Shown piece after piece: positions 8,312 to 16,175 of a stretch of 42,265 nucleotides of DNA. Source of the stretch: an uncultured Candidatus Saccharibacteria bacterium (GTDB taxonomy: Bacteria; Patescibacteriota; Minisyncoccia; UBA6257; 2-01-FULL-56-20); NCBI GenBank assembly GCA_964363455.1, contig CAYIIM010000001.1, forward strand, positions 1-42,265. The letters are read 5' to 3'. Positions within the stretch are counted from its first letter, which is position 1. Every line of letters begins with the position of its first letter. The notes beneath the pieces were generated by a model that ran no database searches, was not told the DNA's origin, and saw only the letters and a list, made by a program, of their open reading frames with translations. Made by a program: the position numbers and the translations under genes.

Positions 8312-9703
8312 ATGAGGACATTAATTAGTGGAATAGTTTCGAAGGAGGGTGAGGAAGTTGAGCTCTATGGGTGGGTGCATTCGAGGCGGGATCATGGGAA
8401 GCTCGTGTTTATTGATTTAAGGGATAGGACCGGATTGGTGCAGGTGGTTTTATCCCCGACGCCCAAAGAAGGGTCGGGGCAGGCGGGCCTGGATCAAGCG
8501 AATGATTTGCGGATTGAGTATGTGATTAAGCTGACCGGTAAGGTGGCGAAGCGGCCTGAGAAGTTGGTAAATGAAAAAATTGCGACGGGAGCGTATGAAA
8601 TTCAAGCGACGGGTTTGGAAATTTTGAGCGCATCAAAAGAGTTGCCGATGCCACTGGATACCGATGGACGGGAGATTGGCGAGGATGTGCGGATGAAATA
8701 TCGGTATCTCGACTTAAGACGTGAACGAATGACTAAGAACTTGATAACGAGGCACAAGATTACAAAATACATTAGAGATTTTCTTTCAGAGCGAGATTTT
8801 ATTGAAGTCGAGACGCCGATTCTTACAAAATCTACACCAGAAGGTGCAAGAGATTATTTAGTACCAGCGCGACTTCAGAAAGGGAGTTTTTATGCCTTGC
8901 CGCAATCGCCTCAGCAGTACAAGCAGCTTTTGATGGTGGCGGGTTTGGAAAAATACTTTCAGATTGCCAGATGTTTCCGGGATGAGGACACACGAGGGGA
9001 TAGGCAGCCAGAATTTACCCAGTTGGATTTGGAGATGAGTTTTGTGGAACAGGAGGAGGTGATGGCTTTGAACGAAAAGCTTTTGATTGAAATTGTGGGG
9101 AAACTTTATCCGGAGAAAAAAATTCAAGAGATGCCTTTCCCGCGGATTTCTTACAAAGAAGCGATGGAAAAATATCAAACCGACCGACCGGATTTGAGGA
9201 AGGACAAGGAAGACCCGAATTTATTGGCATTTTGTTGGGTAGTGGATTTTCCGTTTTTTGAGAAGACTGAAGATGAAGGTTGGACATTTACGCATAATCC
9301 TTTTTCCGCACCGAAAAAAGAATTTATGGATGATTTAGTGGCTGGGAAAAATATTGGGGAGATAATTGCGAGCCAGTACGACATAGTTTTAAACGGTTGG
9401 GAAATTGGAGGAGGGAGTCTGCGTAATCACAAACCCGAAGCATTGAAGGCGGTTTTTGATATTCTCGGGTACAAGGACACCAGTCAATTTAGTCATATGT
9501 TTGATGCACTTCAGTCCGGTGCGCCACCACACGGTGGAATCGCTTGGGGTTTGGATCGGTTGATTATGATTTTGCAAAATGAGCCGAATATTCGGGAGGT
9601 GATTGCGTTTCCGAAGACGGGAGACGGAAGGGATTTAATGATGGATGCGCCGTCGAGCGTGGATGATAAACAATTGAAGGAGTTGGGGTTGGAGCTGAAA
9701 TAA
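8312..9703 (+). CDS. aspS: Aspartyl-tRNA synthetase, bacterial-type core without the GAD insertion
   Basis: FIDLRDRTGLVQVV, QSPQQYKQLLMVAGLEKYFQIARCFRDEDTRGDRQPEFTQLDLEMSF, GGGSLRNH, PPHGGIAWGLDRL. At 463 aa, DRPDLRKDKEDPNLLAFCWVVDFPFFE joins directly where E. coli has ~130 aa of GAD domain. Confidence 0.9.
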   Translation: MRTLISGIVSKEGEEVELYGWVHSRRDHGKLVFIDLRDRTGLVQVVLSPTPKEGSGQAGLDQANDLRIEYVIKLTGKVAKRPEKLVNEKIATGAYEIQATGLEILSASKELPMPLDTDGREIGEDVRMKYRYLDLRRERMTKNLITRHKITKYIRDFLSERDFIEVETPILTKSTPEGARDYLVPARLQKGSFYALPQSPQQYKQLLMVAGLEKYFQIARCFRDEDTRGDRQPEFTQLDLEMSFVEQEEVMALNEKLLIEIVGKLYPEKKIQEMPFPRISYKEAMEKYQTDRPDLRKDKEDPNLLAFCWVVDFPFFEKTEDEGWTFTHNPFSAPKKEFMDDLVAGKNIGEIIASQYDIVLNGWEIGGGSLRNHKPEALKAVFDILGYKDTSQFSHMFDALQSGAPPHGGIAWGLDRLIMILQNEPNIREVIAFPKTGDGRDLMMDAPSSVDDKQLKELGLELK

Positions 9704-9708
9704 AGACT

Positions 9709-11376
9709 ATGAGAGAGAGTCTCCCATTGCCAGCCGAAGAAAAAGACGGCGAAATGACCACCAAGGAGTCGGCGTTAGACGTCGAAAAAGAGAATCAATC
9801 AAGCCTCGATAAACCAGAAACGAGAAACGACTTTGCTAAGTACTCTGCATGGGCCGAAAAAATAGATGCATTAGTAAAAGTGAAGCGCAAGACCGCATAT
9901 GACAAGCAGGAAGAGAAACTCAAAGAACGAGAGAAAGAAATTATGGCTTTAGGGCCGGCAGTGCTTGAACAGGTTTTGAATTCCGGCAATACAAACCAAA
10001 TATACGCTCTAAACTCAACCCTAGAACTCCTGCGGTTAAATTATGGAACTAAGCGGTTATGCGACTTCGCACAGGAGTTCATTGTTTCTCATCTTAGCCA
10101 GTTTGAGGAAATAATTCGCGATCCCCAAAATCTCAAGCTTATACCCAAGTGTCTCGTAAACGTTAAGCAGGCCATACAATTCTATGATTCGCAAGACGAA
10201 AATCGTGTAAGTGATATTAAGTCTGAAGGAATAGCGATGTTTGAGAGGGTTTTTGCCTCTCTCGAAAGCCGGATGAGAGAGGATGAGGCAGGTGAAATAG
10301 GCCAGGCTTATTCGAAGATGTTTGCTCCGTTAATTGCAGGGGGGAGCCCTGAAGTCGCTGGTCGCGCGCTAAAACTTGTATTAGATTTTTTTGTCTCGGA
10401 AAAACAAGGTTCTCAACAAGCTGCCGATTCTACCATTTCTGAGTTGGTTAATAGTTCTTCGGTTGATGAAGTTGAAAGATATATACACGAAGATAGAAGT
10501 GACGATTCTTTAAACAGCAAAGTTAAATCGGTATTAGTTAAGATAATAGAAGGTTATAGTCTTAATCCAGAAGATCTTGTGAGGACCTGGAATGAAACGA
10601 GCACTGATAGGAAAATCGGCAAGCCCTATTTTGCTTTTGGCGCTTTGTATCGTGATAACTTAAGAAACATCCGGTATCTTGAGCAACATTCTCCTGGATC
10701 CGCAGCTACTCTCAGAGATAATTTTGGTATTAAAAATTTTGGTCGGTACCCAAGCGAAGTTTTGCTTGATCAATACAAAGGAATATCTGATGATCAAACT
10801 CCATATGGAATAGCAATATTTCCCTATTCTGACCACAACGGCGCGTTTATCGACCCAAAAGAGTCTTTTGAAACTTTATCTACTTCTATTCGTGGGCACC
10901 ACCTGCTAAGAGTTTTTGAAGCGGGGGGCAAGATGGAAATAGCTAGACATTTAATTTCTCTGGATAAGAAATACGGCACATTTAATAAAATCTCCTTTGC
11001 GTTTATCGGAGGTCACGCTAATCCAGATGTTATAGTTTTTGGCGATAATAAAGACGATCTTAGCTCGCGTATTTATTCTAAGGATCTATTAGGTAAGGGA
11101 TTACAGCGAACTAGCGGTTTTTTTGTGTCCCGACCAACCATAATAATTTCGGGATGTTCTACTGGAGTAAAAGAAGGTATTGGTCAAAAACTTTCAAAAA
11201 CATTCAGCGCAGAAGTCATAGCGCCTGATGATAAATCTGCTGTTTCATCTATCACTGCCACCTACAAAGATGATCGCCCAACCTTTAGGGTTGGGTATGA
11301 TAATGCAAAGGCCGCAACTTTTGAGTCAGGAGAAAAGAAGAGAACTGGTCTTGGGCGGTTTTTATTTGGAAAATAG
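9709..11376 (+). CDS. Large hypothetical protein with a C-terminal caspase/CHAT-like His-Cys dyad candidate
   Basis: 555 aa. Helical N-terminal two thirds. C-terminal FAFIGGHANPDVIVFGD ... RPTIIISGCSTGVKEG resembles the clan CD H-G / hydrophobic-strand-C arrangement. Confidence 0.55.
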   Translation: MRESLPLPAEEKDGEMTTKESALDVEKENQSSLDKPETRNDFAKYSAWAEKIDALVKVKRKTAYDKQEEKLKEREKEIMALGPAVLEQVLNSGNTNQIYALNSTLELLRLNYGTKRLCDFAQEFIVSHLSQFEEIIRDPQNLKLIPKCLVNVKQAIQFYDSQDENRVSDIKSEGIAMFERVFASLESRMREDEAGEIGQAYSKMFAPLIAGGSPEVAGRALKLVLDFFVSEKQGSQQAADSTISELVNSSSVDEVERYIHEDRSDDSLNSKVKSVLVKIIEGYSLNPEDLVRTWNETSTDRKIGKPYFAFGALYRDNLRNIRYLEQHSPGSAATLRDNFGIKNFGRYPSEVLLDQYKGISDDQTPYGIAIFPYSDHNGAFIDPKESFETLSTSIRGHHLLRVFEAGGKMEIARHLISLDKKYGTFNKISFAFIGGHANPDVIVFGDNKDDLSSRIYSKDLLGKGLQRTSGFFVSRPTIIISGCSTGVKEGIGQKLSKTFSAEVIAPDDKSAVSSITATYKDDRPTFRVGYDNAKAATFESGEKKRTGLGRFLFGK

Positions 11377-11461
11377 TGTAAGGCCTTCTATTTTTAATAG
11401 TGTAGTTTGATATATTTCTAATTTTGGTTTAAGATTTAAGCCAAATTCGTCGTGCGGTACA

Positions 11462-11524
11462 CCCCCACACCAAACGAGAAAGCGCAGGTTCCTCGGTATA
11501 AATTTCTCGTTATGGTGTGGGGGG
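11462..11524 (+). other. 20-bp GC-clamped hairpin immediately upstream of the adk-like gene
   Basis: cccccacaccaaacgagaaa (11462-11481) pairs with tttctcgttatggtgtggggg (11503-11523) with a 1-nt bulge. No T-run follows. Confidence 0.4.
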
Positions 11525-11546
11525 TAAATAAAATAAATAATAAAAA

Positions 11547-12617
11547 ATGAAAGGCGTAGATTTTGAAGTTTTTAATAATAAGGTAGAGGGTGTGTCGGAA
11601 AAGTTTGATTTGAACAGTCCCGAAGGAAGGGCGAAGTATTTTCAGGCCAAAGCCGGTCCGGAGATTGAGAAGCTCAAGAAGTATTTAGAAACAAAAACTT
11701 TCGTGGCTTTTTTGATGGGCAAGAAAAATTCGGGGAAGGGGACTTACTCTAAGTTGTTTATGGAAGCAGTCGGCAAGGAAAAAATCGGCCATATTTCCGT
11801 GGGGGACGTAGTGCGGGACGTGCATAAGGCGATTGAAAGCGGAGAAGGAAAGAAAGAGTTGATGGCGTTTTTAGAAAAGAATTACCGTGGTTTTCATTCT
11901 CTTGAGGAGGTGGAGGATATCATTATGGGGAGAGATACGAAATCACTCGTTTCTTCAGAGGTAATCGTGGCTTTACTTCAATATGAAATTTCAAAGCGAC
12001 CGCGACAGGCGATTTTTATCGATGGATTTCCGAGGGCGCTAGACCAGATTGGGTATTCGCTGATGTTGCGACAAGTATTGGGCTACCGCGAAGATCCGGA
12101 CTTTTTGGTGTTTATTAGCGTGCCAGAGACGGTGATTGACGCGAGGATAAAAGCGCGAGTAATTTGTCCGATTTGTAAGACGCCGAGGAGTTTGAAGTTG
12201 GCGCCGACAGCTTTTATTGGTCAAGATGAAGCGACTGGAGAGTTTTACTTGATGTGTGACGATCCGAAGTGCAATAAAGCGAAAATGGTGACGAAGGAAG
12301 GCGATGAACTCGGGATTGAGCCGATTCGAGATCGGTTGGAGTTGGACGATGTGATTTTTAAGCGACTTTTGGATTTGAAAGGTTTGCCACAGATAAAACT
12401 GCGCAATTGTATTCTGTCTAGTGTGGCGTGGAATTACGTGGAAAAATACGAAGTGACGCCAATGTATAGCTATAAGAAAGGCGCGGATGGAAAAATTGAG
12501 ACGATTGAAGAGCCATGGTTAGTACAGGATGATGATGGATTGGAGTCGGTGAGTTTACTGCCGGCTTCGGTGGTGCTTGGATTTATCAAGCAAACTGTGG
12601 AGGTTTTGGGACTCTAG
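11547..12617 (+). CDS. adk: Adenylate kinase family protein with N- and C-terminal extensions
   Basis: P-loop GKKNSGKGTYSK, ISVGDVVR, IDGFPR, and a zinc-LID CPICKTPRS...CDDPKCN. 356 aa versus ~215 aa typical. Confidence 0.65.
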   Translation: MKGVDFEVFNNKVEGVSEKFDLNSPEGRAKYFQAKAGPEIEKLKKYLETKTFVAFLMGKKNSGKGTYSKLFMEAVGKEKIGHISVGDVVRDVHKAIESGEGKKELMAFLEKNYRGFHSLEEVEDIIMGRDTKSLVSSEVIVALLQYEISKRPRQAIFIDGFPRALDQIGYSLMLRQVLGYREDPDFLVFISVPETVIDARIKARVICPICKTPRSLKLAPTAFIGQDEATGEFYLMCDDPKCNKAKMVTKEGDELGIEPIRDRLELDDVIFKRLLDLKGLPQIKLRNCILSSVAWNYVEKYEVTPMYSYKKGADGKIETIEEPWLVQDDDGLESVSLLPASVVLGFIKQTVEVLGL

Positions 12618-12746
12618 GAGTAATCGCTAATAATGCGAATTGAAGAGTAATAACGCGAATAAAAATTAGGGATTACTGGTTTTAGAAATGACAACACCCC
12701 AGACTCAATCATCGAGCCTGGGGTGTGTGGTTTGCAAGAGGAGGTG

Positions 12747-13046
12747 TTATGCCGCGATTCGATAGCCATATTCGACCTGCTCTGCGGGGCTCATGTGCTG
12801 AGCTTCGTTTCGCAGATCGTTTAGCGTCACTCCCGTAAAAGCCCAGGCGACGTATCGCCGAATGGCTTTCGGTGTTCGGGGGATCAGGGATATTCCCGCA
12901 ATTGCTCGCCGGTGGATCGGCTGACTCATGCTACTGGGCAAGGCCAGGTTGGCCTTGGCTCGTCGGATTTCTTTCCAGCGCGGGCGACCTTCGCCGCGCA
13001 GAGAGCGGTGGAGCATTTCGCAGACCTGATAAGCAGTGTACTTCAT
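12747..13046 (-). CDS. Hypothetical protein (99 aa) in a GC-richer, SD-led cassette
   Basis: AGGAGG lies 8 nt upstream of the ATG (reverse strand). Visibly GC-rich compared with flanking genes. Confidence 0.5.
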   Translation of the reverse strand: MKYTAYQVCEMLHRSLRGEGRPRWKEIRRAKANLALPSSMSQPIHRRAIAGISLIPRTPKAIRRYVAWAFTGVTLNDLRNEAQHMSPAEQVEYGYRIAA

Positions 13047-13074
13047 TGCAGCATCCTCCTGGTGGTTGGTTTAC

Positions 13075-13124
13075 TTTCGTTGTCTTTCTTGAAGATTTTG
13101 GTTTCCTCAAGAAAGACAACGAAA
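13075..13124 (-). promoter_or_regulatory. 18-bp perfect leader hairpin of the 12747-13046 cassette
   Basis: 13075-13092 is complementary to 13107-13124. Lies between the predicted promoter and the SD. Confidence 0.5.
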
Positions 13125-13157
13125 AACCATTCAGTTTTCAAGTTTCTATTACGCTTG

Positions 13158-13186
13158 CATTATATACCTAAAGTGCTGTTTTGTCA
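13158..13186 (-). promoter_or_regulatory. Consensus sigma70-type promoter (TTGACA-17-TATAAT)
   Basis: Reverse strand: TTGACA (13186-13181), 17-nt spacer, TATAAT (13163-13158). Confidence 0.55.
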
Positions 13187-13301
13187 AGGTCAGTATAATA
13201 TAAGATTATAATTTTTTTTATGATTTTGTTTTTTATTTAAACTAGAATAGGGTAAAATTGTGTTTGTAAGAGAGTTGGGGAAAACAAAATTTTTATTAAT
13301 T

Positions 13302-13754
13302 ATGGAAGAAAAAGTAAAGAAAATGGGAATCGGGGTTGGGGTGGCGCTCATAAAAGACGGGAAAGTTTTGCTTGGGCATCGACATGAAGATCCGGAAAAG
13401 GCGGATAGCTTACTCCATGGAGAAGGGACTTGGACAATGCCGGGCGGAAAGGTGGATTTTGGGGAAACCATTGCTGGGGCGGTTTGTCGGGAAGTCTTAG
13501 AAGAGACAAGCCTGGTGGTTGATCCGAAAAATTTGAAATTGGTGAGCGTGGGTAATGAGCGAGTTCCAGCTGCACATTTTGTGACGATCGGGTTTGCTTG
13601 TGAAAAATATGAGGGCGAGGTGAAAGTAATGGAGCCGGATGAAATTACCGAGTGGAAATGGTTTGATTTGAAAGATCTACCAAGTCCGATGTTTTTCCCA
13701 TCTGATAAAATTGTAAAGAATTATTTAGCGGGGAAAATTTATCAGGGAGAGTAG
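13302..13754 (+). CDS. NUDIX hydrolase
   Basis: Nudix box GGKVDFGETIAGAVCREVLEETSL. Start taken at ATG 13302. Confidence 0.8.
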   Translation: MEEKVKKMGIGVGVALIKDGKVLLGHRHEDPEKADSLLHGEGTWTMPGGKVDFGETIAGAVCREVLEETSLVVDPKNLKLVSVGNERVPAAHFVTIGFACEKYEGEVKVMEPDEITEWKWFDLKDLPSPMFFPSDKIVKNYLAGKIYQGE

Positions 13755-13775
13755 AATGAATTTTGAGTTTCACTG

Positions 13776-13819
13776 CTACACCTTTGGACGATCGTCCAAA
13801 GGTGTAGTAAGTTCTTTTT
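13776..13819 (+). terminator. Perfect 32-nt palindrome centred on CGATCG plus T-run
   Basis: ctacacctttggacga|tcgtccaaaggtgtag, followed by taagttcttttt. Confidence 0.6.
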
Positions 13820-13840
13820 CGTCGATTTTGTTAATTTGAG

Positions 13841-14314
13841 CTATTCCTTAACCGACCTGGTTTGGAATAAAGAAAGATCAATACCAGATTGGTATAGCGC
13901 TTCAGCCTTAACAAGTTCTTCTTCGATACCAACGTGTTTTAGGTTGGCAAGATCTTGGATGCTGACCCATTTGTAGTCAGTGAAATCTTCGCTGATTTTT
14001 ATTTCATCAGGGTTTTCGACTTCGCAGAGGTAAGAGAAAAACTTAGCAGTTTGGCCGTCGGGCCGGAGGTAAGATTTGTCTTTTAATAATATTTTTCCCG
14101 GTTTAAGTTTGAGGTTTGCTTCTTCCAGCGCTTCTTTTTCTAGGGTTTCTTCGGTGGTGTCGTTGTTTTCAACTTTGCCGCCGGGGAAGGTGTACATGCC
14201 CGGATAGGCGATTTCATCGTCGCGTCTCTTCAAGACCAAGTATTTTCCTTCGGAGTTTCGAATCACCGCAACAACGGCGACGATATGAATTTTGTTAGTT
14301 TTCTCGTAGGCCAT
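13841..14314 (-). CDS. NUDIX hydrolase
   Basis: Nudix box GGKVENNDTTEETLEKEALEEANL. Confidence 0.8.
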   Translation of the reverse strand: MAYEKTNKIHIVAVVAVIRNSEGKYLVLKRRDDEIAYPGMYTFPGGKVENNDTTEETLEKEALEEANLKLKPGKILLKDKSYLRPDGQTAKFFSYLCEVENPDEIKISEDFTDYKWVSIQDLANLKHVGIEEELVKAEALYQSGIDLSLFQTRSVKE

Positions 14315-14341
14315 CTCAGAATTGTATCAATTATCAAATTA

Positions 14342-14383
14342 TAAAAAAAGAACACCCCAGAGACGGCTCAGGTCTCCGGGGTG
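14342..14383 (-). terminator. Strong intrinsic terminator (minus strand)
   Basis: 12-bp stem 14353-14364/14372-14383. Its single non-Watson-Crick pair is G-U only on the minus strand. Followed on that strand by ttcttttttt. Confidence 0.8.
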
Positions 14384-14876
14384 ATTAATCGTTAAATGCT
14401 TGGGTTTTGAAAATGGTCTTTGCCTTTCGCTCGTCCGCCATGGAAGAGTTTCGGGCTTTCGGTGTGTACAAGCGGCACGCTGCGTACCAAGCATTACGCA
14501 GAATAGACCTATGCCCAGACCCCTGATCAACCAAAGAGCTTTGGCTGGTACGTGACGACTTTGAGGTGGCTCCTCGCTAAAATTTTAACTTCGATTAGCG
14601 AGCCTCTAGGTGTCATTCCAGTTTTATCTCTCTACTGCCGAAAGATGTTTGATACGTTTTGAGTGTTCGTCGAATTGACCCGGAAAGGTCATTACTAGCG
14701 CACTCTCTTACGTTCAACTTATCCCGGCTGACTGACCATTGTAAACCTTAGGTTTGAAATCGCGGCCGCGACTTCTCACCGAGCTATGGGATATTATACT
14801 CATAGATATGGTTTTGTCAAGGGCAACAAAAATACGATTAATCCAGTCAAAATTAGAAGTTTTAAGAGGAGGTATT
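14384..14876 (-). ncRNA. Unclassified structured RNA candidate (or long structured 3' UTR of the RF1 gene)
   Basis: ~490 nt with no credible ORF between the RF1 stop and the terminator. Several hairpins: 14480-14501, 14526-14549 (with a G-U pair valid only on the minus strand) and 14568-14604. Possible closing pairing 14412-14418/14734-14740. Confidence 0.35.
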
Positions 14877-15620
14877 TTACTTTGGCTGACCTTCGGAGGC
14901 TTTTCGAAATGCTTTTACGATCGGTTCCATGTTACCTTCTAGTATATTCTCAATCATCGAGAATTTTTTTCCGATACGATGATCGGTGATGCGGTCGTCG
15001 GGGAAGTTGTAAGTGCGGATTTTTTCCGATCGGTCGGCAGTGCCGATTTGATCCCGACGAGTCTCTGAGATGTTGCCTGAGACTCTTTGTTGTTCCATCT
15101 CGTAAAGTTTTGCTCTTAAGACCGCCATGGCTTTTTCGCGGTTGGAAAGCTGAGATCGTTCTTCGCGGGAGCCGACGACGATACCAGTGGGTTTGTGGAG
15201 AATTCTGACCGCCGTTTCCACTTTGTTAACGTTTTGCCCGCCGGGACCACCAGCGCGAGTGAAGGTGACTTCGAGGTCGGAGTCTTTGATGTTGATCTCT
15301 TTGGCTTCAACAAGCGGCAAGATAGCGACAGAGGCAGTGGAGGTGTGAACGCGGCCGGCTTTTTCGGTTTTGGGGACGCGTTGGACGCGGTGGACGCCGG
15401 ATTCCTGTTTCAACTCCTCGTAAGCGCCTTCACCAGAGAGTTCGGCGACGAGGGATTTGTAGCCATCAAGAGAGGTTTGGTTGGTGTCTAGAATATGAAA
15501 ACTCCAGCCGCGTTTTCCGGCGTAGCGTTGGTACATTCGGGCCAAGTCGCCAGCAAAGATAGCAGCTTCGTCACCGCCCGCACCCGCTCTGATTTCTACA
15601 ATGATTTTATGAGTAATCAC
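14877..15620 (-). CDS. prfA: Class I peptide chain release factor, RF1-type, lacking domain 1
   Basis: [35 protein letters not shown] (PxT-type tripeptide), [37 protein letters not shown]. 247 aa, aligning from about residue 105 of E. coli RF1. GTG start, only ~90 nt from the divergent neighbour. Confidence 0.85.
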   Translation of the reverse strand: MITHKIIVEIRAGAGGDEAAIFAGDLARMYQRYAGKRGWSFHILDTNQTSLDGYKSLVAELSGEGAYEELKQESGVHRVQRVPKTEKAGRVHTSTASVAILPLVEAKEINIKDSDLEVTFTRAGGPGGQNVNKVETAVRILHKPTGIVVGSREERSQLSNREKAMAVLRAKLYEMEQQRVSGNISETRRDQIGTADRSEKIRTYNFPDDRITDHRIGKKFSMIENILEGNMEPIVKAFRKASEGQPK

Positions 15621-15709
15621 GAATATACAAATTAGTTTAATATACGAATAAACGGAGGTAAGTGATTGGGGATAGCCAGTTTCCTAGGGGGTATGTTATC
15701 ATAAGTTGT

Positions 15710-16126
15710 ATGAATAATCCACCTTTGGTTTTAATTGTTGACGACGAAGAAAACTTTCGCGAGATTTTTTCCACTAAACTTGAAGAAGTCGGTTATAAAG
15801 TGGAAACGGCGGTCAATGGTGAGCTTGGATTTGAAAAAGCCAAGGAGACTAAGCCAGATTTGATTTTAATGGATATGGAGATGCCGGTTTTAAATGGCGC
15901 CGGAGCGACCATGAAGCTTAGGGAAGATAAGGAAACTCAAGGGATAAAGATTGTTTTCCTTACAAATTATGGTGATCCGAGGTCGGAGATGCGTGAAGCC
16001 GATATACATTTTTCGAAAGAGATTGGAGCAAATGATTATCTTAGGAAGACAGATGATTTAGATCGCATTGCCGATAAAGTGAAGGAAATGCTTGAAGTTG
16101 GCCAGGTAGTAGAAAGTAGTAAGTAG
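15710..16126 (+). CDS. Stand-alone response regulator receiver domain
   Basis: LVLIVDDEENFREIF...PDLILMDMEMPVLNG...IVFLTN. Start taken at ATG 15710. Confidence 0.8.
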   Translation: MNNPPLVLIVDDEENFREIFSTKLEEVGYKVETAVNGELGFEKAKETKPDLILMDMEMPVLNGAGATMKLREDKETQGIKIVFLTNYGDPRSEMREADIHFSKEIGANDYLRKTDDLDRIADKVKEMLEVGQVVESSK

Positions 16127-16145
16127 TAAGTAGTGAATAGAAAGA
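16106..16145 (+). repeat. AGTAG-rich stop-codon-dense repeat, copy 1
   Basis: gtagtagaaagtagtaagtagtaagtagtgaatagaaag. Supplies the last codons and the stop of the upstream gene. Related copies at 22324-22358 and 33053-33095. Confidence 0.6.
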
Positions 16146-16175
16146 GGAAGAGAGGATTTGTGTAATAATAGAAAG

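Noticed and set aside
14339-14530. 63-aa minus-strand ORF in the RF1-Nudix spacer
   Set aside because: It reads straight through the intrinsic terminator hairpin and U-run, and has no RBS. The region is better explained as RNA structure.
14384-14876. Identification of the structured region as tmRNA, RNase P RNA, a T-box or SRP RNA
   Set aside because: I found no GGAAAGUCC/ACAGAA P4 strands, no TTCGAAT-type T-arm, CCA end or alanine-ending tag, and no SRP GGAA/AGCA helix 8. The UGGUACGCAGCG stretch only loosely resembles a T-box and is ~100 nt from the terminator. The region is left unclassified.
16106-16145. AGTAG-rich repeats as a CRISPR array or tandem-repeat locus
   Set aside because: The copies are dispersed (16.1, 22.3 and 33.1 kb) and are not arranged as regularly spaced repeat-spacer units. 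No cas genes are present; the Cas2-fold protein at 35136 is PaaX-like.
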